Positions 10,952 to 22,690 of a DNA stretch of 64,000 nucleotides are shown one piece after another (positions within the stretch are counted from its first letter, which is position 1; every line of letters starts with the position of its first letter). A program made the position numbers and the translations under genes. The stretch is from Chlorokybus atmophyticus (lineage: Eukaryota > Plantae > Mesostigma and Chlorokybus algae): the NCBI GenBank assembly GCA_009103225.1, contig RHPI01000260.1, forward strand, positions 12,225 to 76,224, given 5' to 3'. Below the pieces are notes generated by a model. That model did not search any database, was not told the DNA's origin, and saw nothing but the letters and a program-made list of their open reading frames with translations.

Positions 10952-13657
10952 GTTTCCTAACGAAGCTGAGGGTGGGCAGCAAGTAGAGCTTTACGCTATG
11001 AGGCATACTTCTCAATGGCCCCGCCAATGACGCTTTGAGTGTCCAGTGGTCCACCTTGAGATGACTGGTTGAGAGAAGCATCGCTCTTCTGCATGGCCTC
11101 TTCTTCTCACTGCCAGTGTGACGCTGCTCGTGCCTTGTCACCTATAAGTTCCAATCAACACTCTCACCAAGACACGGTATGCACACCGGAACCTTGCCCC
11201 CTCTGCCAAGCATACACGCGCGCCCCGCCACTCGCGTACGCACGCGCATGCGCTCAAAGCTACACACCGACTTGTGTAGCGCCTTGGACCATCACACAAG
11301 CAAGCACACACCAGTGGACACACGCTAGCAACCCCTGCTAACCACCACCAAGCTTGCACACCAGAAACTAAGGAGCTAAAGGTTGTGTTGCACATTGTAG
11401 AATGTCGCTTTTATATCTACCAATCTGCACATGCTACTGTCTAGACGCTTCCCGTGCTACACAAAACTAGATGCTAAGATGTTAATACATAATCTTGTAG
11501 TATACTTCTAGACCCTTCTTACGCACCAAAGATCTCCTGATAAGGTGCTCATATGGTCAAGTTATACTACTTGGCGCCAGGCCCTTCCAGAAATCTGGTC
11601 GAGCCCTTCTCAACTGGCCCTCCGTTTTCTGGCACCTTCCGGACTGGTCCCGGGGCCCCAATCGATATCCGCGGTAGACTCATAACTCGCCGATATCTGC
11701 CACAAGTCATGAAAACGTGGTGCTCGATGTATGGGCCAAAAAAGGTCCTATAATCATTGAACTTGGCCTCGACTGTTATAGCCAGTAAGCTTATAACTTT
11801 CAGTCGTGTCCGATTCTTTCAGTTCCTCATCATGGCTCGTATGATGTTCACTTCTCACTTCAGGCATGGAAGAATGCTCCACATCTTCCTCTCCTTGGTC
11901 AGAAATCTACTCAAGGATATAAGCCGTCAGTAATGGAAGTTTGCAAGTGCATTAAAACACAAGTTGCGCACTTCATAAGTGTTGAATTTGTTGATTTTAT
12001 CTCGTCAAGTTTCAAGTGCTTACCGTGAAGTATTCAACTTAAAACAAGAGCTCTCCACACACCTCTAAACTAGACACTTGCATTAAAACACACCGCACAC
12101 GATTCCACTCGACGGTTCACAAGCTATGGCAACTCAAAGATTTCACTTTGTACAACTCAGCTCAACTCACAATTGCAATTGACACACAAGGTGCAAAAAT
12201 CTCGTTGAATCAGCCCTAAAGGCCGATATCCACAAGGTGAGTCGTGAGTGTGATATCGCCCGTTCAGAATGACTCTGACGTTCAGGTTCCCCGCCCTTAT
12301 TAAGGATCAGATGAAGGGCCCAACGGGTATATACATAGCCAATTAAGTCGTATTAGGGCCGTTGACTTCGTGTTAAGGCCCTAATGTAGTGTTACTTATC
12401 TGTACCACTGATATCGACATGAGCCTCATGTCGATATTAGCTGTACAACGACACTGCTAACGCCGCCGCCGCCGCCGCCATGGCCAGGGGATCTCCTTCG
12501 GCAGTTGCCCCTGGCGGCGGCGGCGACGTGGCTGGTGGCGGTGTTGGGGTAGGAGATTGAAGGAAGGAGGTAGTACCCCCTCTCCTTGCAAAAATTGTGA
12601 CAGCGTGATATATAGTGTACACGACATTCCTGTTGTCCGCATATAAATTGGTAAGGTGGTTTTGCCATTACTGCTTGCAACCGACTGGCCGCCCCGTTGT
12701 TTGTATATTGCATAGCACATATCAATAAAGTAGCAAGTTGGTGGTCGTAGGTGTTTTATAAACCGTTCTTGCATATTGTGCCTGTTTTGCTTGTCTTGCT
12801 ATGCATCTTGGCTTCTGTTCGCATGTTTGCCGCACACACATATTGTATAATTTGCATTATAACAAGCACGAACTTGTGCATGTCATATCAAAATGGATCT
12901 TATACATAATCATTTACATATATTCATGCATATGTACATGAGGTGCGGTAAATCATACTTGGCTTTCACGCCTTGCTCAATATCATCATGCTGTTTACTC
13001 AATAGCACAGTGATGTATCCATGATATGATAATATTTACTTTTGTATACACCCATTTAAAGTGGGTGTAATATGGAATTGTTCACAATATAATCAAAGTA
13101 AATGCCATGTTTTGCAATTAAATAATAGAACATACGAATTATGCCATGCTAATTTTTAACTTCTTTACCATCAACCCATTGTATGACCTTTGCCATTGCC
13201 TTGTAGCGAATGCAAGATACCTTTAGTGTAAGTTAATGAAAAAGCTATAGCCTTGCAATTATAGCTGCATAACGGCGCATACTGCGGATTATTTGCTATG
13301 TCAGTAAGAATGAAGTCCTCAACAAGACCTTTGTGCAAGCCTATGGTAAAAAAGATATAATTATCAATATCTTTGCAAACCCAAACCGTCAGCCACTGGA
13401 ATGATTGTGTTAATAACCTGTGCAAAAACCAATACATAAAGAAGTGCCATTAACATTTGCAATGGGTTTGCATGCTCCAAGGTGAAGTCCCAAGCCATGC
13501 CCTCTAACTAGGTTGATGCAAGGCCCCGATTTGGTACGATGTGTTTGTTTGTGAAGTGCGTAATGTGTATGCATCCCCGTTGCATGCACTCTTACCTAAC
13601 ACTTGCACCCAAGCTTGCAGCACTGATATTGGCACTTATAGACTAATACGTAATAGG

Positions 13658-15246
13658 CTACTTGGTCGAATCAGGGACAGCTGCAGAGTCTGTCCGCTCT
13701 AATTCGTACTGCTTAAAAGAGGCATACGCAGGCAGGTCACCCTCTATCAATTGGAAGGTAAATGAATCGGTGACGTCGCCTTTGCTTTTCGGGAACAAAA
13801 AGCCCACGCTGGGAAAAGGGAAGTGAAAAGCGTGCAGAAGCGACCCTTCCTCTGCAATGCTGGCGAGCAACTGCCAGCAGCAGCGCCACATTGAACAGGC
13901 AGGCGCAGCACATCATACGTGTCTGACTTGCAAACGTGCAGAGACCTGCATTATGCAATGGCTCAAGCAGCCAGGCAATACCTGTTGCCGTATTCTGCAG
14001 CTTTCTTTGGCATCAGACTCAGTCCTTTGCCATGAAGGGTTTGTAAGGTGCAATGGGTGAAGCGCTAGATCTCCTACGCATACCAGTGCTGGTGCTTTGC
14101 TTGATCTAAACTCAAAGCCTGTCAGCGACACAAGTTGAAAATTGGCACTCACTCAACAGCTTGCTACAGACATACACCCTTACCTGTGTGCCCAAGTGTG
14201 TGTCCGGGAAGCCGCAGTGCCCTGAAGCCAGGCACGATATCCATGTCTTTGTCGACCAATACCAAGCGGTTCTGCAAGTCACATCTGAACAATCAGAACC
14301 TAGGATCGCTGTGCCTCAGAGGCAGCTCTGCAACTTGCCTGCAGGGGTAGCAACTTTGCAGCGCAGTACTGCGCAAACAAGACTTGATGCTCTCGACTAT
14401 GGTTTGGACAGGTTTGCTGAGGAGAAGCTTCTGTCCAAAACTCCCACTGCAAGGCACAATCAGCCAGTATTACGACTCACTCAAGGCGTGCTTTGCTGCC
14501 ATGATCACGGATGAACCAGCATTTGGGACTTTGGGTTGTCAACGCACCTCAGCTTGAGACATAACATACTTGGCATTGGGGAATAGCAGCCTGCCTTGGT
14601 GTGCGACACCTCCAATGTGATCTGGATGCGCGTCTACGAGAGGAACAACCATTGTTGGTGCCACTACAGTTGTAGACCAGCGACATGCAAACCAACCCTA
14701 ACATACGCGTTATTGCAATAAAGGAAATGTCCTCTGGGCTGACACCAATGCAGTTCAGCCACGTTAGCAGTGTGCCCCCGCCCATCTGCAGGATGTCATT
14801 GCCTATCCCCGTGTCTACTAGAATCTGATAACATGTACATCGATAGCCACAGCGTTAGCCTGGAGTGCTGAAAGTATTAGATTGCGACACAGTTGTGTCA
14901 ACGCTTGCCTGATGTGTGCCGGTGTTCACATACAAACAACAAAAAGGAGACCTGAACTTGGTGCCGGGTAGCCACTGGAAGCACACAGCTCAGTTAACAC
15001 AATCGCAGACATTAAGCACAGCCTTGCATTAAGTGCAGAGCGTACATTTTGCTCTTGCAACGCTCGCGCCAGTTCATCTGCGACAGCACACGCATAGTTC
15101 AATGACAGGCAAAATCAACACCAGGCAGCACTTGTGAACCCACCTGGTGGCGCAATGCTAAACAAGTCTTCAGGCTCAAATTCAGCATACATGTCCGCAA
15201 TCGCAGCACACTCCAGCGCACCAGCCCTGTATGTCAGTGTCTCAGC
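13658..15246 (-). CDS. Metallo-beta-lactamase-fold hydrolase, AHL-lactonase / methyl-parathion-hydrolase / YtnP-like; 5' end unresolved (probably further exons up to ~15.8-16.1 kb)
   Basis: Nine hand-spliced exons (15246-15144, 15077-15046, 14974-14909, 14824-14707, 14633-14548, 14446-14339, 14271-14184, 14118-13982, 13870-13658) stay in frame. They give CLYVNTGTHQILVDTGIG, GVSPEDISFIAITHAHPDHIGG (HxHxDH), LLFPNAKYVMSQAEWEFWT, LPGHTLGHTG, VGDLALHP and AFHFPFPSVG. Confidence 0.88.
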
Positions 15247-16328
15247 CTGAGTTGAACCAACAAAATGGCTGACCCACCAAATGTCAAACGCATAAACACG
15301 AACCCCAATGCAACACGACGCTTTAGGGGGATGCTTGCGCTGACCTGGACATGCTTGTGGACATGCAACTTGCATCCAAAAATAGACCGTGGATTATATC
15401 GCACACAGCTCAATGCGTTGTCAAAGCGTGAAACAATCTGTGCATCAGTGTAGCTGCACAATTCTCTGCCAAGCTGCCTGCCGCACTTTCCACAGTGTGC
15501 AACTTCAGACGCAGGCATGAGAGCAAAATGCTACGCTCTTACAACGTCAAACCATTTGCATTTGACTGCAACTGCACCTGAACTTGAATATGTGCGACTT
15601 CTCATCTGGGTGAGAGCCCCAGCCTGGTGGCTTCTCCGGCGTGGCCATCCCCCAGGCCACCGGTAGGCCCACCACCAACTTTCACGGCGGATGGCTCCTC
15701 CGCCGCACTCAACTTCTACCTCCTCGACTGCGGCCGCCCCGGTCCCGCAGCGAGCCTCATCCTGGCCTTGCCCGGCCTGGGATGGCTCACCTCTCCTACA
15801 CGGAGCAGTAGACTGCACCTTCCTCTAATGCCGGTACACTGCACGCACCACCACCAGGCTTCGACCCGCATCCGCTCGACCACCTGCGAACGCGGTTCAC
15901 CGACCCTTAGTGCAACAATCTCGATCCTGTTCGGTTCGCACCGACCTGCAAGCAGCATGTGCGTCTGCTTGAAGCAGCAGCAGTGCTGGTGGGCAGGTTG
16001 GTGGTGGTGGTGGTGGCGGCGCCGTCCGGTGAGGCGGTGGGGGCGCACAGAGGCTTGCTGATTTTGCGTGTATGTGTGATTAGTCGATCTTGTTGTAAAC
16101 GAAGAGATATGTTGCCTAATAGTGGTGTGGATGCAGTGCATGTCAACTGGGTAACTGCCACGAGGGCAGGCAGGTAGGTGCCTGTAGGTGGCTTGCGGTT
16201 GTGCTGGCTTGAGCTGGCCCGCAAGTGGTAGCAGAACTGCTTGTTTAAGGGGTAGGAAGATTTATTGCAGATCGACCATTGTGGGGATTGGCGGTAGTTT
16301 CAGTCGGAATGCCAATGGACTGGTGACG

Positions 16329-19300
16329 ATGGCTTCTGCCCAGGCCCTGCGAGCCTGGGCATGCTTGGCGCAAGCTCTGTTGCTTGCTGTTTTATGCTTG
16401 ACGCGACCGGTTCAAGGAGCTTTTCCAGGTATGCATGTATGGTTTCCTTTCTCGTTGCCAAATCGCTTGCATGTTGTCACGAAGCATCGCGTACAGTGGT
16501 AGAAATGCATTGCGTAGGTGATGATGATTGTGAGGCACTTGCACACCGCTCATTGCATATGTATGTTGCAAGCTCAAGCTTGGGAAGAACACGGCTTGTT
16601 AGAGACATTTCTTGACGGTTTGTTGTGTGGAATACTGCGTGCAAACAGTCACCCTGGTTCGACAAGCCCATGCCAGGTTGGCTTGATGTGCTCGTCATAG
16701 GTTCCTGGAGTAGTAGCTGCGTGTGCACGCATGCTATACAATGTACATGGACAATCGAGTATGTTGCAACGACCAACCAGCTTTCCTTGTTGCTCAGATG
16801 ACGAGCCAATTCTGCATGCCACTTACTACTCAGCACAAAAGGGCTCCAGTTTGTATGTTAACGAACCTGTCATCATCGATGCCGAATGCAGCATGTTGTA
16901 TGGAAACTCCTCTTCCCAAAACAACTCTACCCTGGTTTTCTGCTTCAACACTGGAGGCCAACCGGCTAGTTCTGGTGATGCCGTTTGCAACAACGATGGC
17001 CGCAGGACCTGGACTTATGACACACCTGGTTGGAAGTCCGTGTGGGTGAGCTGTCGCAAAGTGTCCAACATGGCTTTGACACCAGATGACGCCATTTTTG
17101 GAGGTCCGTCCACAACTCTGCGACTTTACGTGCAGCCGAAGCAAGGTGATATGCACCCCATGTGCGATCAAACGCTAGGTGTTGTGAGACATGGTTACAG
17201 TTTGCACAATGCCAGACAGACTATGCGTGAACGCCGTAGCGGGCAAGAGTGTTCACGTTGACATACATGACTGGCAGGTTGTTTTCGTTATGGGGCAACT
17301 ACTGATCTGCAAACAACGTATTCAAGCGGCTTCAGCGTTTCCCTTCCTTCTTCTGCTCACACAACAATGTACCTGCGCGTGTACGACCCGCAAGACCCTA
17401 AAACCGACATTGAGCTGTTGAGCCAGCAGTTTGCACAGTCAGGAGACTACCCCAGTGTGAGATTGCTGCCTTTTGATGCTTACCTGCGGCGCGATTGGCC
17501 TGGAGGCATTAGTCACACCGGTATCCTTGAGGATCGGCCGGCAGGCTCAATCAACCTCGCTTCAAACCCGGCATGGGTGAGATGCAAGCAAGTGCACATT
17601 ACTCAATCTCGAGCGTCTTGGCAATGGCAAGGCACTCAGTTCTGTATTGGTTGGTGGCAGGACCCAGTCAGGAAGGCATGGGCAGTTGACATGGAAAGCG
17701 GAGCAGAGCCTAGCTCTGTGATTGCTGTGATGTACTCCTCTGGCGTGACCATCATGGGATGCAGCGTTGAACTCACTCGCATACTTGTCTACGTTCCTGC
17801 CTTTGCGTCCAGCATGCCACAACCAAAGGTTTGTAAGCGCTTTCTTGATTTGGAAGTCATTTATTGCTGTTGTTGACGATATGGCCAAACAGGAAAACAG
17901 AAACCTGCATTCTGTCAATGGTGCGTTGGTCATTCAAGGTCACAGCTCATACTTGCTTGCGTTAGTGACTTTGGATCAGTTTCAGAAGGACGTTCCATTG
18001 CTGTCAGGACCGATACACATTTCGTGCAGCACGTGCTCACCTGGTGCATCCGTGTTCGCACTCACCAAGACATCAACCATACTTGCAACCAATAATTCCT
18101 GGGGAGCCTCAACACAAGCAGTTGACGTGAATGCACTTTTTAGGGAAGCAGCAACAGACATGGTGGTACACGCTGCTGCCATGCTCTGCAGCGATGTTCT
18201 GTTGCTGACCAGTGGAGGTACACAAAACATCTTGTGCAGGACGTGGAGAGTGGATTGGGCTTGCTTTCAGCATGAGTCTGATGGCTGTGACACACCATGC
18301 CGCTTTTGTGTTGTGTCACAGGCCAACAGCATCAGCATATGTAGCGTACCCACTTCTGCTGAAGGCGTCACGCAACTGTCAGTTGTTGTTTGCAAGCATG
18401 AGCAGGCAACTTACCATCTGCTTGTGGGCAGGACTTGTCAGATGGACACCAAAGGCACAGACTGCAACACTGATTGATGGTCTCAGCCTGCACAATGTTG
18501 CCTCAGCTGCCATCTCCGTGCAACCCCCACCACTGGGAAGCGCGGATTCACACATTTATGTCTCAGCATCAAGCAGTGGTGCCATGCAAGTCTACTGGAG
18601 CAATCGCGATGATCTGAAGACGTGGACAAAGTCCAAAGTTGCAGATGCGGCCAGGGTAACCTCACTGCAGGACTACTACTACAACCGCACGTTACACCTG
18701 GTCTCTGCCTCAGATGGAACCCAAGCGCAGGTTTGTGCTTGCGCAGGATCACATACTCAATGTCCAGGCAGCAGTCTGCAAGGCCGCTCAATCATATGCT
18801 GTTGCAGATCTGGCAGGAGGATAACCACAATGAACCCACCCCCAAGCTGCTGTATACTTTTTATCTGGATGCGAAGATCGTGGGCATAAGCATGCCTTGT
18901 TCCGGTGCTGACCTGTAAGCAACTGTTGGCTTGTACACGTGGCAGCCCTCAACGAATGGCATGGTCTGATGACTTAAGGTCACCCATTGCCAACATGCCA
19001 GATGTCTTACGCTGCTTAATTACCTACACAGGTATGCGTTTGGCAGTGCTATTTGGCATGCGCCTGACACAAATAGCTCAATACGCCTGCTGCAATCGCT
19101 GCCAGCCCTAGCTGTGCACATTGCATGCAGTGCAGGTGGTGGCGTAGCGTTCCTGACAGGTACAGGCATACTGTCTACATGAAAATACCCTGAGGCCACT
19201 TAACAGCTGATGGTTGACCATGATGCCGAGCAGCATTGTAGCAGCACGCTGAAATAAGCGTGCATGCCAGATGCGGGGCAGGTATACTACAGCAGGCGTG

Positions 19301-22242
19301 GCTTCAACCAGCTGGCAACAATCTCGACTCCAACAGCATATGCGGCAGATAGCTCAACACCTGTGGCATTTGGCATCAACTTTGACTGGCAAGGCGAGCT
19401 TCAGTTTCTTGAGGTTCGGCTGTCGGTGTTTCTGCTGTAGTGGTAACTGTGGACACAGTAGTGTTGCTTCTGAGATGATGCTGGATGCACAGGTGCGAGC
19501 ATGCAACACAAGTGCTGCGGCAACTACCGATGAGAACGGACAGAAGGTTGTTGTTGCGAGTCTGCCTATGCTGCACAACACGTCATTGTGCCTTGCAGCG
19601 ACCACACTGCCGCTTGACTCAGAGCTGCGAGCATCTGATTCGTCAACTGCTGTTGCTCTTGCACCACGCGGCTTCCATGCCTCAGTGTTGTCGGCCATCG
19701 GTAATAGTTCACAGGTGAAACTGTCTGGCCTGCCTGGTTCAGCGATTTGACTGCCACTGGCAGTTGCCAGGGCCTGAGCTCTGTGCTGCAGGTGCCATTC
19801 GAGGCCAGCAGTCTCGGGCGCATAGTGGTAACGGACATGGTTGAGCCAAGCGGCGCACTGGTTGCTGACATACAGGAAGCAAGTGTTGTTGTGGAGCTGC
19901 CTGTGAACACAGTCTTCAAGGCTGCAACAGGTGCACAACGCTGCGTGACCCTTGATGATCACCGTTCAATTGATGATGACCCAGTGGTGTGCTGCAGTTG
20001 CGGACTCTCCAGCGCAGCAACAGGAATTGACCGTCTCTGCTGTTGAAGTTAATATTGGTAGCGCCTCCTGGCTCATATTGTCGCCATATGTGCCTACAAC
20101 TGTTGCACTCGCAACAGCAACAGGTCCCATCAATGTGAAGTCAACGGCTGTATCCAGTTCAGCAGGCTGGCTTTTCTCCGATGTTGGCAAGACAGCAGTG
20201 ACTGGGCAGAACAGCGCGACGGTCACTCAGTTTGTGAACAGCAGCCACGCACAGGCGATTATCTCTGCTCAACTGGACAGCAAGCACTTTTCTGTGGCCG
20301 CTGGGCAATGGCAGCTGCTGGACTTCCGTGCGTATCGAGAGGAAGCCAGGACAAGCTCTGAGCAGCAACTGCGGGTGTACGGCGATCCTGAGTCCAGCAA
20401 ATACTTCACTGCAAGCTTGTCTGATGGTTGGATGAGGTTCCGCAGCACCGACTACAGCAAGATCCTTGCTGTCGGCACCGGGTGGGGCTTCATTGCACGC
20501 GTCATGAACAGCTCAGCAGTGTCCGTATACATTCGGCAGAGTGTGGCGCCAGGCACTCACTCTGCCGGAAACTGGAGCATGTACTCAGGTGCTTTGATTG
20601 AAAAACTACAGCGCTGCATCAGCTCATCGCTGTCAGTCATAGATTGACTGCCTCAACTGTTGCAGATATCAGCCCTTCGCTCACCCTAAAACTCTTGTAT
20701 TGCAGTTGAGCCTGGGCAGCAGTGCAATGCGCTTCCACACACAACATGCAGGGCTCGAATTTGGCATCTGAAGCTGCCTCCTTGTGGCTTGGTGAGCTTT
20801 CTGGGGCCCCCTCTAACTGGTGCCGACACTATCTTCATGGATATGCAAGATGCCGCAACCGCAACAGTGATAATAGACCCACCAACCAGTCCCGTTGACA
20901 TAACCATGGCCAATCCGCAGCTTCTCATCTACTCCGCCAGGTACGCCTGTGCAGCAAGGCTCAACACAATATAGGTTGTTCTGCATCTTGCGTACATCCT
21001 ATGTATGCATAGTGAGTGGTTAGCGTATGCTTGCTCCCTATCGAGAGCATAAACACAGGCAGTCACTCAAGTTAATGTATGGTCCACGGCAGAGACAAGA
21101 TAGCCAGTGCAGATGGCATTATTGTTGCCAACAAGACGGTCACGATGCTGGCGAGGAGGGCTGCCGGACTTGGGTTCCTGTCAATACAACCACAAAGGAC
21201 CAGCTTGTTGTGCCAAGCGACACAGCTCGCAGTGCACGTCCTTGTTGGATGTCCCGAGACAAAATATATCACTCCGGTGGGCTCATTGAGACCATTTTCA
21301 AATCAGAACGGGACCGTTACACCGCCTGTCAAGTTGATGCCCATCCCCACCAACTACAGACCACCCTCGCGCTTCGGCAAAGGCGTGCCGACATCCGCGA
21401 ACATATACCATGCGGACCCTTCCCAATCCCTACACCTCACCAGGTTCAAAGTCTCACGTAACACGGGGCGCTTTCAGCAATGTGCCAGCAAAGCTAACAG
21501 GGCAGGTTGCGGATGCAATGCCACACAAGTAATATGCCAGTTACCAAGCGAGTCTGACTGCTGCACACAGGTTAGCATATGTCGCAGGTCACGTGCTGTC
21601 CATTATGAGAGTTGAGAAAACTGCAGGTGGACACCCCACCCAACTCAAAATCTGTGTGGCAGGCAATAGCATTTTACATGCAAGATGTGCTGGTGCCTCG
21701 TTTTCTTATCAAGCAGGCAAATAGGGCGGATCGAATCCTGCCACTGCCATACCAACTTGTGGAAGTGAATGGTCGTGTAGACTACTGCTTTATGAATGCC
21801 ACCGGCATAGACTGCAAAAACGCCAGCGAGGCAAGCGCTTTTACTGCATGTGCACATCAACGAGTGCAGTGTTCATGCTTTGTGCGCCGTTATCGTACCA
21901 GCTGCGTGCACATAGCAAGGTCAATGCGCTTTGCATGTCGATCAAGTGCTGACTCGCAACTCTCGAACCCAACTGCAACAGGTGCAGTCTGTCATCATGG
22001 ACGGTAGCAACCCATACGGCATCAAGTTTTTCGGGACGGAGCTGTACAATTTTGAGGTGACGGTGTTGCCAACGCATTCGTTCTGCAACCTTACCACGGG
22101 TTTTGCCGTTTGGGTCACGCATCCACCTTTGAAGATCACGCATTGGTACTTGACAGTTTCTCTGATCGTCACCGTGATGGCGCTCGGCATGCTTGCGGTA
22201 TATGTTCTGTTTGTGTACCACTATGGTACACAATTCCGATAA
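16329..22242 (+). CDS. CATSPERB: CatSper auxiliary subunit beta-like type-I membrane glycoprotein (multi-exon)
   Basis: Signal peptide MASAQALRAWACLAQALLLAVLCLTRPVQG, a large ectodomain rich in N-X-S/T sites, and one C-terminal TM helix (YLTVSLIVTVMALGMLAVYVLFVY). Motifs PTNYRPPSRFGKGVPTSANIYHADPSQ...FKVSRNTGRFQQCASKANRAGCGC...SDC (21337-21570), VPRF...LPYQLVEVNGR (~21690-21780) and GTELYNFEVTVLPTHSFCNLTTGFAVWVTHPPL (~22030-22135) match the CATSPERB C-terminal region as I recall it. Internal exon structure not fully resolved. Confidence 0.82.
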
Positions 22243-22690
22243 CAATGCTGGTACACATCCTTGTAGCTTGTTGTATATAACAGATATAGCAATTTTTATG
22301 TTATGAGCCAATGCACCGCGCAATTGGTGTACACTGTTGGCCAGGCACTGATTGTCAATTGAGTGGTATCACCCAACAGAAGTTGACGCGGGTATTGTGA
22401 GGATAAGCGTCAGCTGCCCGCGTTCATGTGGCACTGTCTGAGCCACCACATTATCGACTTCCAAGGTCAAGGGAGTAAACGTTGTTTATGTGCTTGGGTC
22501 TGTGCCTTAGTAGTGGATGGCGCATTCTGGGACAGATGCCCACAGAATGCACTGGTTTGCACATGTGAACACAGGACCGGCACACTGTAAAGCGTTGCAG
22601 ATATAGAATGACCAGGACCGTGCAACCAAGAATGCAATCAACCTACTGCAACCAAACCATAAAGGCACAATGCTGTAACAACTGCATACT

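Noticed and set aside
11340-12420. Possible 5' LTR/PBS of the gypsy element
   Set aside because: LTR-like in composition, but I found no matching second copy and no convincing PBS (only tggtgtgcaagc and tggcgcc), so boundaries cannot be supported.
12460-12560. GCC-run followed by ATG, resembling this genome's gene starts
   Set aside because: The frame closes after 26 codons and no downstream exons were recognisable.
12800-13600. AT-rich stretch with an 88-aa ORF
   Set aside because: No recognisable motif; probably decayed repeat or intergenic DNA.
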